This document shows, piece after piece, positions 25,681-37,000 of a DNA stretch of 64,000 bases. Each line of letters starts with the position of its first letter. The first letter of the stretch is position 1. The DNA is taken from NCBI RefSeq assembly GCF_048593235.1, contig NC_133617.1, positions 488,230,958-488,294,957 of the forward strand, given 5' to 3'. The notes below the pieces were generated by a model that saw only the letters and a list, made by a program, of their open reading frames with translations, searched no databases and was not told the DNA's origin. The position numbers were made by a program, and so were the translations under genes. The stretch is from Sminthopsis crassicaudata. Lineage: Eukaryota.

Positions 25681-26688
25681 CCTAATCAGTAATTACAGTT
25701 AAATAAGAAATTTAAAAAAAAAAAAAAAAAAAAAAGAGAGAAAAAAAGGAAAAGAGCCGATTGTCCAGCTCCAGGTCATCAGTAGAGACTTTCCTACTCC
25801 TACTCACAAAGGTTGTTTTTGTCCTTAGTTCTTGAGAAGGATCATGGGAGTTAAATGGGAGCAGAACACTTATAACAACTTTATATATGGAGGTGGATGT
25901 GGGGAAATACTGCAAAGAGGTCCTTTAAAAAGTGGAATAAATTAAATAAATTAAAAATAGAGGAAAGTATCAACAATGGCGAAATTTTGGGCATCTGATC
26001 AGGAATAAGAAACTTTTTTTTGGAGGGGTAAGTACAGAGTAGTGTTGATGATAACCTTTCCAGTTTATCAATCTTGGAATCATCATGTACCACCTCCTAC
26101 TCACTCTCTGCCCCAATATTCAATTGACTTCAAGGTTTTGTCAGCTTTCCACATTGATCCAGATTTCTAGCTCAGGCTTTCATCCCCTTTCACTTTTATA
26201 GAAATAGCCTCCCAACTGGTTTCCCTGCTTCTGATCTCTCCCCTCATCAATTAACACCCCCCTATTCCCATAGAGCTACCAAGTTAATTTTCCTAAAGAC
26301 ATCTTAAGATTATGTTCTTCATTCCTGTATGCTATGCTACAATGGTTCTCTATTCTTTATTAGATAAAGCAAACACCTCTATCCAACATTTTAGTCCCAG
26401 ACTAACCTTCCATACTCACTATTCCTATTTGCCATTCCCCAAACATAATCCGTCTTACACTTACACACCCAGGACATTCCCGTACTCACTTCTAACTTCT
26501 GGAATTCTGTTTAAGGCTGAGCTCAGGTACTAACTTCAAGGCCTTTCCTCATCCTCCCCAATTACATTGAATAGAAAGTGTATTTATTTGTGTAATGTTG
26601 TATCCCCCAGAAGAATGTAAGCTCTTTTAAGGCAAAGACTGCTTGCTTCACTTCATGTTTGCTGAACCAAATATAATCTGGGCTAGCT

Positions 26689-26866
26689 CAAGACTTCTTA
26701 AACTTTTTCCATTCATAACCTCTTTTGCCTGAGAAATTTTTTACAAACCCCCAGGTATATAGTATATAAAATAGACATACAAATTAAACATTTACTGATA
26801 ATAAATCATAATTTCATGACTCCCACATTCAGTTAAACCACCCCATATGGGGTTTAAGAAGTTTTG
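26689..26866. mobile_element. hAT (Charlie-type) MITE, 178 bp
   Basis: 15-bp TIRs caagacttcttaaac / gtttaagaagttttg (1 mismatch); perfect 8-bp TSD GGCTAGCT at 26681-26688 and 26867-26874. Confidence 0.88.
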
Positions 26867-27904
26867 GGCTAGCTGACTGGTGATATAATTGAGGCTTTAT
26901 TACAGCTGGAGGTGAAAACAGAGAGGCATGAGTTTGCACCCCACCACTTTCAGAAGGCAGGAGGCCCTTAGATCCAAAGGGGACCATCATTTTCTGGCCA
27001 AGGGAGGAGGAGGAGGAAGTAGACTGACTGGAAGCATTAAGTCCAACTCTTCCAGGGACTTATAAGAGTAATCCTCAGGCAAATCCTTTCCCTGCTCCAT
27101 ATGCTTTTTTTTTTAATTTATAAAAGGAGGGAACTGGACTGGTTTAGGTCACTGAAGCCTCTTTCAATCTAACATTCAATATCCTAAGGTTCTTCCCTCC
27201 CCATTTCCCCCTTCCATCTGCCCCAATCAGAATATGAAAAAAACAAACAAAAAAACAAACCAATTCCCTTGATAAAGCATCTTAAAGTGTTACAATAAGT
27301 CACATTTCTCAAGCACTTTAAGGTTTACAAAGTGCATTCCCCACAACAACCCTGTGAGGTAGGTAGTATGATTATCCCCATTTTATGATTAAAAAAAAAA
27401 ACTGAGACTCAGGGAAGAAACAATAGAATTAGGCAGATCTATAGCCGACAGTTTATGATTCAAACCCCAAGTATCCTGACTTAAGCTCAGGACTCTCTCA
27501 TGGGATCCTTTAACATGGTACTAAATCCAGATTCACAAATGTGGACGCAGACCCAGAGAAGAGGAAGTTGTCATATATGTATATATATGCTCATGATCAC
27601 ACACTGGTCAGTAGCAAAGTCAGGATAGAAGTCCAGGGATCTTTCTGAATGGAGAGACCTTGTAAGGATCATTCCATCGATCTTATGGGAAGCCTGATCG
27701 GGTAGTAGGGAAGTGAGAAGGGAAAAGGGGAAGGAAGGTCTGGCACAGACCAGGATATTATAATTTAGGAACATAAGTCCATTTTGAACAGTTGGAAGCA
27801 GCAGTACCTCTAGGGTGAAGAGCAAAGGGGAATCAGGCTCTTGGCACAACTATGCCCACTCCCTTCCCTCCACATTGGACACCCCTTTTACACAACTAGA
27901 GATT

Positions 27905-27910
27905 TTTATT
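27905..27910 (-). terminator. CD2BP2 proximal poly(A) signal (distal candidate at 26896-26901)
   Basis: AATAAA about 160 nt after the stop codon; a second AATAAA about 1.17 kb after the stop. Confidence 0.5.
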
Positions 27911-28068
27911 GAGACAGGAAATGGCCTCTCCCAACTCTGGTGCCATCCTCCCCACCCCATTTAAGGTCCATACAATCCCCAGACTAAGCCCAGGGCCTCC
28001 TCCTGAAGGCATGGCCTGGAAAATGCTTGCCCCAGCTCTCTTCCCCTACCCAAAAAATAAAAACAGCT

Positions 28069-30173
28069 TCAGAAGTAAAGACCAAAATCTATACGTTTGG
28101 AGTTGTAGAACTGGCCTTCAGGGGGATCCAACTTCCGACAATAAACACCATCTGGAAAATAGCCTTCATCTGCCCAGGTCTAGGAGAAAGGAAAGACGAG
28201 AGGTAAGTGGGGGTATTTATGGTAATATCTCTAATACAGGAATTAGGGAGAGAGGTAGGTAAGGTCTGGGCAGAGAGAGAATTCTTACCTGCATCTGGGC
28301 ACTGGTGAAGGGCCCATAGAGCTCTGCATCATTTGTGTTTTCCCATTTGTATTCCCACATCACATCAGCCAAGCCATCTCCCAGGGCAGCTGCTTCTAGA
28401 AAGACAACCAGAGAAATCCTTCTCAGGTACATTGCCCAGTTCCCTAAGCCCAAGTACAGTCTACCCGACCTGTTTTCTCCCTACACATAATCTATCCCTG
28501 TCTCCCCTTATAATTCCTATCACACTTCATCCCCCCCATACAAACTCACATCCCATCTATCCTCCACAGGTCCCATATTTTTCCATTTAGCTCTGCCTCT
28601 CACCCCCACACACAAATGGTTCCCACATCCTCTGAGTTTTCAGTCTTCTTCTGATATCTTGTCAGATTCTATAACCTTCCAAGTCTCCATTTCCCTGAAA
28701 GGAATCTACAGTTCCAAGCCTTCAACCCTCACCTCCTCCTTGGGCTGGGGTTGGGGTCTCTAGTTCCCCTTCCCCAACCTCTTCAGCAAACATGTCCAGA
28801 ACTGGACGAGGTGCTGTGTCTGGAAGCCCAGGTGTGGGGCCCCCCAGCGCTTTCAGCCTCACAGCTAGCCGTTCCCTGGTTTCCTGGTACACTCCGTGGT
28901 TACCGCGGGCAACCATCTGGTCAGCCAATCCTGAGAGTCGGTCTAATCGTTGTGGGGAATTTGGCCGCTGGGGTCCATTACCACCCTTCCTGGCACCTAG
29001 CCGCCTCAGGGCCCCAGCAACTGTCTCCCCTGGCAACAACATCTCCAAGAGACCCTCTAAGAGGGCTTGAGGGCCCAGTGGCGTCTGGCCAGGACTGTCT
29101 TCCTCCGAATCTGAGGCAGGGGGCTGGCCTGGAGGGCGCTCCCGGATCTTCACCTAAGATAAGATAGGACAGGTTACTTTTTTAAACCTTTTAGGCTTAT
29201 CCCTTCTAGGATCTAGGTATACTGCTCCATAGCCCCAGTCCCCACTGCAGGCACCCGGTCTCTCTGCTGGATCCATTTCACAAATGAAGCATGTCACTCA
29301 GCCAGGACTCCTGGCTAGGGGCTCTAACCCAGTCTATGTTGTCCAGCCAGCTGTCCCGAATCTGGGCATCCCGGTGCAGAAAGTAGTTGCCATCTGAGTC
29401 AAAGTGGCCCTCTTCCATTTCTTCCTGCAAGTTGAAGGGTGTGATACGCACACCACCCTCACTTGGGAGTGTGGCCGCCTCCTGACCTGGATGAACAGAT
29501 ACCCAGAATTGGGCAAGAAAAAGGGAAGCAACACTTCAATCCAACTTACAATATCATCCTCCAGCCTTCCCACCACATCTTGGCACCAGACTAGGCACGG
29601 ACCAAGACTTAATGTTTGCTGAAAATTCCTCTGGGAAGAATCTACCTTCAACTTTCAAGAATCAAACGGGAGGCTGAGAAGGATGTGAGGAGAAGGGAAT
29701 AGAGCCCTCAGGTCCCATGGCCTCACCTTCCACATCTTCTGAAGCTAGGATGACATACTTGCTAGCACCATCTTCATCCTCATCTTCTTCATCACTGTCC
29801 AAAGAATGTTTGCCTTTAAACCGGCTCCCAGGACCCCCTGCTCCTGTCACAGGATCCACCAGCTACGGGCAGAAAATAGGGCTGGATGCAGTAGACTCAA
29901 ATGCAATGAAGTCCCGTGTAGTTCAGTCCCTCCCAACCACACTTACTGGGGAACTCAGGCATTCTAACCCTCCCCCCTTCTTTTTAGAGAGATCCCCTCT
30001 ATTCCACATCCTGGAAACTCAAGCAGCCTGACCCCCCCCTTCTTTCTGGAGAGATCCTCTCCATTCTGTGTCCTGGAAATTCGGGCATTGTGACCCCTCA
30101 CCTTCTTTTTGGGGAGATCTTCTCCATCCTCTTCAACTCCCACATCCTGGAAGGTTACTCTCCGCTTGGGCAT
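28069..30173 (-). CDS. CD2BP2: CD2 antigen cytoplasmic tail-binding protein 2 (U5-52K, GYF domain), 334 aa
   Basis: Coding exons 30102-30173, 29727-29862, 29329-29486, 28733-29153, 28289-28395, 28069-28179 (1005 nt). All GT-AG and phase-consistent. Motifs [44 protein letters not shown]. Non-coding exon 1 donor at 30881, exon 2 acceptor at 30211, Kozak ccaccATG. Confidence 0.98.
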
Positions 30174-30975
30174 GGTGGGGCTTGCAGGATAGGATCAGGT
30201 CTTCCCAGGAGCTGAGCAAAAAGGAGCCCGAGGGTCAGGGAGTCCTAAAACGGCGCGATGGACTGAATGGGGTCCGGGAGTTCAGCATCCACCTCCCCCT
30301 TCCAGGAGGCTACTCCTCAGACCCGGGAAGTGTCACTCTGGGATCATATAAGGAAAGGGAGAGAAGGGAGTAAGAGCGCGCATCGGGGCCCCCAGGAAGC
30401 TGCCATAACTCTTGATGGGGGTGGAGAGGGAGGGGGCAGGGACCGTAGCTCCTTTGACTTGGGAGGGGGAGGGGAAAGGATGCGCCCGGACTGCCAGTGA
30501 GGTCCCGCTGCTACTGCTCAGCGGGGAGTCCCTGGCCCTACATCGGGACCTGCAGCCTCCCCCAGAGGATGTATGTCTTCTATCCACGGAGCCCCCTTAC
30601 ATTTGGGGTGAGAGGGCAGCGGTCTCCACCCGGGGATTCCCCTTGGCCGCGCACTCTCGCGGCCCTGCCACCCCACTTCCAACCCGAGGGCCCTTCCAGG
30701 ATTCGGGACCCACTTTTGGGAGCCCCACTCCTCAATACCCCTCCACCCCAAACCCGCCTCAACTCCCAGTCCATCCCTTACAAGCGCCCCCGCCCCTTCT
30801 TCCTCCTCTTAATATGTAAATGAGCAGCGAGTCGATGGAACCCCGCGGGATTCGGGGCTCACTCCGCGTGCGCGCCCTCACCTGGGGCTCCGGGAGGGGA
30901 AAGGAGGAGAGGGGAAGAGGGGGCGGGGGGGGGGGGGAAAGAACGCTATCGCCGAGGTTACATCCAGGGAGTCAA

Positions 30976-31190
30976 CCGGAAGAGATTCAGAAATTACCCG
31001 GAAGTGACTTCTCTCGCTTCGGAAGACTGTTGGGAAAGAGGCGGAAATAAACACCTAGAAACCATGTGGTTGACATCACTCTCCATGGGCGAAAGGACTG
31101 ACTGTAGTGAGGGCGGAAGTTGCGTCAAGCTGGTCGGAAGTAGCTTCTCTTCTAACTACTTTGGACTGGAGAAGAACTAAGGGCGGAAAT
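30976..31190. promoter_or_regulatory. CpG-island bidirectional promoter with seven CGGAA (ETS/GABP) cores
   Basis: CGGAA at 30977, 30999, 31020, 31042, 31114, 31135 and 31184; lies between CD2BP2 (-) and the PHETA-like gene (+). Confidence 0.75.
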
Positions 31191-32026
31191 CTTGTTTGCC
31201 GCGAAGGGACACAAAAAGAGGAATGGGGCACAAACGGAAAGGCCAGGGAGAAAAGTGTATACCCCATTGCCTTTGCCTAAGCTTGGACCAGAAAGCAAGG
31301 GGATCTCAGGGTTCCGCTCTTCCTTCTGCGAAACCACCAGCCTCTCTCCCTTTCCAGTTTTATTGTGAGGAAAGGAACATTTTTCAACTTTGTCATTTTA
31401 AGGGAAACCTCGTTAATTCTCTAACCACCTCCAGTTTCCCCTGAAAATCTAGAGCCCTCTAGGACCCAGGAGGAAGTCTCTTTTTGTACTTCGGCCTGAC
31501 CTGGGGCGGTCTCCGGGAGGATTTCCTGGTTTCTGGGGTGGGGTGTGAGCCACCAAGAGATAGGGAAACGACTGCCCCGCCCCTGCACCTGTTCCCACTG
31601 TCCCAGCTTGGAGGGGCCCTGCAGCCCCCTGCTCTCAGGTAGGCCCAGACGTCCTAGGCCAGGTCGCACCGGCTTCCTTTGCAGCTGCATCCCATAACGC
31701 TGGAGCCTCAGTTGCCCAGTGCTCCCCGCCGAAGTGCCCTGCCAGGACTCTGTTTTCCGCTGACTACCTTGTTCCTTCAAACCTCAAGCACTGGGGTACC
31801 AAAAACAAGTCAGGACCTTCAGAGTTACTATGACGTTAAAACTAATCTGTCGTGTAATTGGGATATATTTCCATGAAAGCAGGGACAGCCTTCTTCCCCA
31901 GAGTACCCCGGGCAGCACCGCCCACAGCGGGCACTCAAATATGTATCTCTGCTTTGCCCACCCCACGATTCCTCCCTCCCCTCACACCTTCCTTGAACCC
32001 ATGGTCCCTTCTCAGGTTTAGCTACC

Positions 32027-32605
32027 ATGAAACTGCACCGGAAACCTGTGCTCAGCTACCTTCGGGGAACAGGGGACCGGGCGCCAGATCAGGAAGGAAT
32101 TTTGCTGAAGAAGGGGACCCGCAATCCCAGCTACCAACGCCGCTGGTTTATCCTTCGTGGAAATCTCCTCTACTACCTGGAGCACCAAGGGGATCGGAGT
32201 CCCCTAGGCCTCATCTTGTTGGACAACTGCCGGGTGGAGCCCCGAGCCAGTACCAGTGGGCTCTATGCTTTTACCATCCTGGCCTCCGCAGAAGGTGGCC
32301 GGTGCTACAAACTGGCAGCAGAGACCAAGAAGGACTTCGATAATTGGCTTCAAGCCTTGGTTTGGGCAGGATGGAGCCAGCTGTGGGAGCTCCTGCAGCC
32401 CTTACAGGAGCAGTATCAAAGAGTGTGCCAAGAGGCTGGAGTGGAGCCCCGGTCCCCACCTCAGGAAGAGATATTTCTGAGCCTCCCCTGCTCTCCAGCC
32501 CCCTCTGGCTTCCCGGAATTGCACCAACGCTTTGGGGAAGAGATTCAGGCACTTGCCAGGTCCAGGGCCACCAGGAGGCAAGTGGACCTCACAGAATTTG
32601 GGTGA
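32027..32605 (+). CDS. Sesquipedalian/PHETA (FAM109/IPIP27)-family protein: PH domain + short helix + C-terminal F&H motif, 192 aa
   Basis: Intact ORF with Kozak gctaccATG. Acceptor ccttctcag| at 32015 with branch-like ctcac. PH motifs EGILLKKG..YQRRWFILRGNLLYY..LAAE..NWLQAL. The N-terminal MKL and the FPELHQRFGEEI motif resemble PHETA1 (MKLNERS.., FARLHECYGQEI; recalled). AATAAA at 32699 and 32733. Confidence 0.9.
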   Translation: MKLHRKPVLSYLRGTGDRAPDQEGILLKKGTRNPSYQRRWFILRGNLLYYLEHQGDRSPLGLILLDNCRVEPRASTSGLYAFTILASAEGGRCYKLAAETKKDFDNWLQALVWAGWSQLWELLQPLQEQYQRVCQEAGVEPRSPPQEEIFLSLPCSPAPSGFPELHQRFGEEIQALARSRATRRQVDLTEFG

Positions 32606-32732
32606 AGGAGGAACCAGAATCCTGGGTCTGGGAGAGAGGATGATATGGCAGGTCTAGAGCTCTCTTAAGGGACATCTGGGACTGACAATTGGGGACAAAA
32701 TAAAAGGGGTTCATACAGCCTGGAAACACTTC

Positions 32733-32738
32733 AATAAA
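32733..32738 (+). terminator. Poly(A) signal of the PHETA-like gene (second AATAAA at 32699-32704)
   Basis: Two canonical AATAAA 94 and 128 nt after the stop codon. Confidence 0.65.
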
Positions 32739-34069
32739 AGTCCCAAAGCTAAGCACTTGTCTGATCAGTGTCTATTGTACACCCATCCATTCCATCCTTA
32801 TGTCCCAATCTCCAAAAAAAAAAAATAACCAAACAAGAGTCAAGTATAGGGCAGGACAGTAGATTTGTTCTTTCCTGGTTCCACAAAGCTCTGTACAGTT
32901 GTGGGGGAAGGGGGACAATGCAATAGGGAAAGTGAGGGGGCAGAAAGAGAATGTAAACATGAGGGCCCCCCCACCCCCTTAGAGAACAGAGAGGATGCCC
33001 AACCCAAAGGGGAGCAAGAGGTTCAAGGAACAAAAGAGGGGGAGAGAATGAGGAAGACTTGATCATGGAAAAAATTAGAAAGGGCCCGAGAAGGATGAGA
33101 TGGGTGTGTGAGACTGGTAGATGTAGTGGAAAAGAGTACATGAGGAAAAGCAGCTAGAAATGGGACTGAAAGGCAAGCAGTCTAGCTGAGGGATCCTTCC
33201 TGCTGCAGGTCAACTCCCCTTAAATTAACCAACCAGTGAACAGAGCAAGAGAGGAAGTAGAGATTGAACCCCCCCAGGGTCCTGTGTACATAATTACAAT
33301 GCAGAGACATCAGATATATATATTATATATATATTCATATATATATATAATATAGAGAGGCCCCTCCGCTTCTTAGTCTGGCACAGAGGGGAGATGTAGG
33401 GAGATGGTTAAGGCTTAAGGGAAGAGGAGAGGCTCACACAGCTTTCTCCTTGTGGAATTTGGAAGCTGAACCACCAAAAGTGAAAATTTAAAAACAGCCA
33501 AGGCCCATCTTCAAAGATCCACTCATGCTGGAAGGTATGAAGAGGTTAGTTCAGCAAGAGAGGGGAAAGGAGAAATCAATTGTTCCTGGGAAAGAACAAC
33601 TTTAGTTAGGTAAAGGAGAAACTTGTGGAGTCAGGAAAAGAAGAACACTGGTTGAGTAGAATAGGGAAAGGGGGAGAGGGAATTGGGGCTCACTCCACAT
33701 TGTCTCATGAAATGCTGCTAATATTTGGGATTTCAAGCCCACGAGAAAGGGCTGGCTTGGGGAAAGGGTCCAGCAACAGCTGAGGAAAATATCGGGCCAG
33801 CTCCAGTTCATGGAACAAGGCCCGCCGAGAGATCTGGGAAAACAGCACTAGCTCCTTCTGCTCCTCTTGAGATGTGGCCGCTTATTACAAGATGGGGACA
33901 AATACAGCCTTCTCTAGGAGAGAATATCACTGACCAAGTAGAATGAAAGGAGACATGGCTGGCTCCCTGGGTCTGAAAGGTCAAGGGAGTGAGAGGGCAG
34001 GTAATGAAGTTCATCTCAGTGAAGGGAAGCCAGTGCCCCTACTAGCCCCAGCATGGAAGGGAGAGAAGG

Positions 34070-37000
34070 TTAGAAGTAAGCGTCCTGTCGTGCCGAAGCT
34101 GCTGAGTTCCCATCTCCTCCATCTTGTGGGGGTGGAGAACCATCAGCCTTCCGTCGAAGGGACATCTTTCGTCCTTGAGCCTTCTTCTCTTGTTTCTGCC
34201 TCTCCTTTTCCCTTTCCTTTTCTTGTTTCTGTCTCTCCTTCTCCTGTTTCTGTCTCTCCTTCTCCTGCTTCTGAAGCTCCTTCTCCTGCTTCTGCCTCTC
34301 CTTCTCTTGTCGCTTGCTCTCCTTTATCGGACCCAGAGGTGTGCTGTTTCCAGTTGGTGAGGGCAGAGAGGGATGCAGCCCTTCAGCTGTGACCACAGGG
34401 CCTGGGGCAGGGCCAGCACTGGCTCTCCGAAGAGGAGGTGGTGGGGAGGAAGAAGCCCCACCCCTGGAGGCACGACTTTTGAGGCCTGGAAGGCTGAGGA
34501 GGCTAGATGATGGGCCAAGGGGGGGCTGCTGTCGTCTTCGCTCCTCGTGGATTGCCCTTGAGCCATGGAGTCTCCTGGATGGTCGGTACTGCAGCTCCCC
34601 CCGAGTCTCTCTCCACTTCTTTAGCTGAGCTGCATTTTCACGCTCTATCAGGGCTTCTGTCACAGGGAGGTTTGTTACCTAAAAGAAGAAGAGTGGGTCA
34701 TGAGACACAAGTCTCAGGAAGAATAGACTCAGGCAGCTGACTCCAGAAAATAGAGAGAGGCTGGGAAAGACAGAGCAAGAGATGCCCACCTCATGCACAA
34801 GGAATTCTTCCTGCATGCACTGCTGAGGTAAGTTCCTCAGTTGTTCCATGGTCTCATACATTCCCTGGCAGGATCGAAGCTTCTCTACAGAGCCCAGCGT
34901 ATGCCGAAGAAGCACCAGAGCCACCCTGAAGATGATCTTGACTCCTGAGGGAAGATTAGGTGTTGGAGGTCCGGAAAGGATAGAGGAGGCTGGTGAAGAC
35001 CTAGCTGATTCAAAAGCTCTTACTCCTTTTAAAATAGCAAGGCCTAGGAGATACCCTCCCTTTCCCACCTTCACCAAATAATGATGAATTTTGCTTGAGG
35101 ATTTGTGTCCTGGGTCATCAGGAAGATGATGGCTTTGCTAGCAACAGGAATTAGCAATGGAAACCACTGTGCTCTGAAGAGAATTGTTCAACTTAACCCA
35201 AGGACAGTCTGTAGTTCTCTCAGTGGTAGCTGGGCCAAGGGCATCTATTAAGTGATCAGGATTATGAAGGAAGTGGTACCAATATCAGCCAACTAGGGGG
35301 TGGCTAGGTGGCACAGTGGATAGAGCACCAGCTCTGAAGTCAGGAGGACCTGAGTTCAAATCTGGCCTCAGACACTTAATCCTTCCTAGCTGTGTGAGCC
35401 TGGGCAAGTCATTTAACCCCAATTGCCTCAGCAAAAAAAAAAAAAAAAAAATATCAGCCAACTAACAGGAAGAGGAAACTAAGAGAAACCTATTAGATAT
35501 GGAGGTGTACCCACTCTCAAGGTTCACCCTCTCTTTTAGAGCTATGTTGTGATGAGATTAGAAAACTCTTGAAACCACTTTGATAAAAGGAGTCAGTGAT
35601 GACAATGCATGACAGTAAGTATCTGGCTCCTCTGAGAGGGTTTTGCCTTCTGACAGGAGCAGATGAACAGTAATAAAACAGAAGTCCCAAAAAGGAAACT
35701 TGAGTGAGAATTGTAGGGCTAAAAGTGCTACCTTCACAAAAGAACATGTCCCAGACCCGGAGAACTGAGGCCCAAGGCAGAGTACGAGCAAAGATACACA
35801 TGAACCACTCAGTCATGTAAAGTACAGGGTCAATGCGCTGGCGCCGAAGGTGTCGGTGAGCTAGAGGGGAAGCTCTCCGAAGAAGCGCAAAGAAGATCTC
35901 TCCATCCAGCTGGATAGCCTCCTAAATAGTGAGCAGAAACATCAAAGTGAACCTCCCTCTGACTTTCTCTTCCCTCACTTCTCCCTTCCAGCTGGCCTTG
36001 CTTCCATACCCTTTCTAAAGCCAAAGTGTCACTTACCAGCCCAGCACTGTAGTAGCCAGGAAGGTATTTGTCACAAATCTGTACCAAGCACCAAAAGGCT
36101 TGCTGCAAAGGAAAACAGGAATGGATGTGTGAGTAATGAAGAGCACGGTTAAATATCTCCCCATTCCCACTTGACTGAGAGCCCTGTGGTCACTCCCATT
36201 CTTTCCACCCAGGGTTTCTGGAGCGGTCCAGTCAGCTCTCTGAACCAAAGCAAAGTATTGCAGGAGACTGCAGCTCCCCCCATTGTCCAACCCTAGATCC
36301 CTTATCCCTGCTCTCTGACCTCAGCAGGCATATGCATAAGCAGCACAGCTGCCACAGGGGCCTGGGCTTGGCAGTAACCCTCATCAGGCCGATAGATGGT
36401 GTAGGCCTTCAAGATTCGATAGAGGTCTTGCTGCCTGCAGGCATGGGAAAGGGAAGAAAGTTACCATAGTAACTGGGATCCAATGGTTCTGGAGGACATC
36501 TGTTCAGACTGCCCCAAATCTCCTAAGAAATTGCCTACAGCATGTGCCACTCTAGCCCTTCTTCTTAGCTCAAATCTGTGCCACACATCCACAGCTACCA
36601 GATTAAGCTTCTAACATGAAGCTATAATTGTGTCATTCCCACTCATCTACTCAAAAGCCTTCAATGACTTCTTCCCACTGCCCACAAAATAAAAGTCCAA
36701 ATTCCTCTGTCTGGCTCTCAAGCCCCAACCTATCTTCCAGCTTTATATGCTTTCCCCCTCCTTCAGATACTTCACCCAAATTAAACTATGTACAACATAT
36801 CAAAACATCTAGTTTTTTTCTTTGTGTTCTTTGGCTTGCATTGTTCCTACTACAGATAAAAGGAATTTATAAATTTATAAAAGGAACCAATTCCCTACTA
36901 CAGGGAATGCCCTCCCCCTTCTCTACCAATCAAAATTCTGCCTATTTTTTGGTGCTCAACTCAAATGCTCTTCCAAGATTCTTTTTCTTAATTTTCTAGC

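Noticed and set aside
30267-31050. ORFs in the CD2BP2 intron 1 CpG island
   Set aside because: Low-complexity Pro/Gly-rich products expected from GC content.
32027-32605. Interpretation of the PH-domain ORF as a processed pseudogene
   Set aside because: No stops or frameshifts, no poly(A) relic or TSD, it has its own splice acceptor and poly(A) signals, and family members have single-exon CDS anyway.
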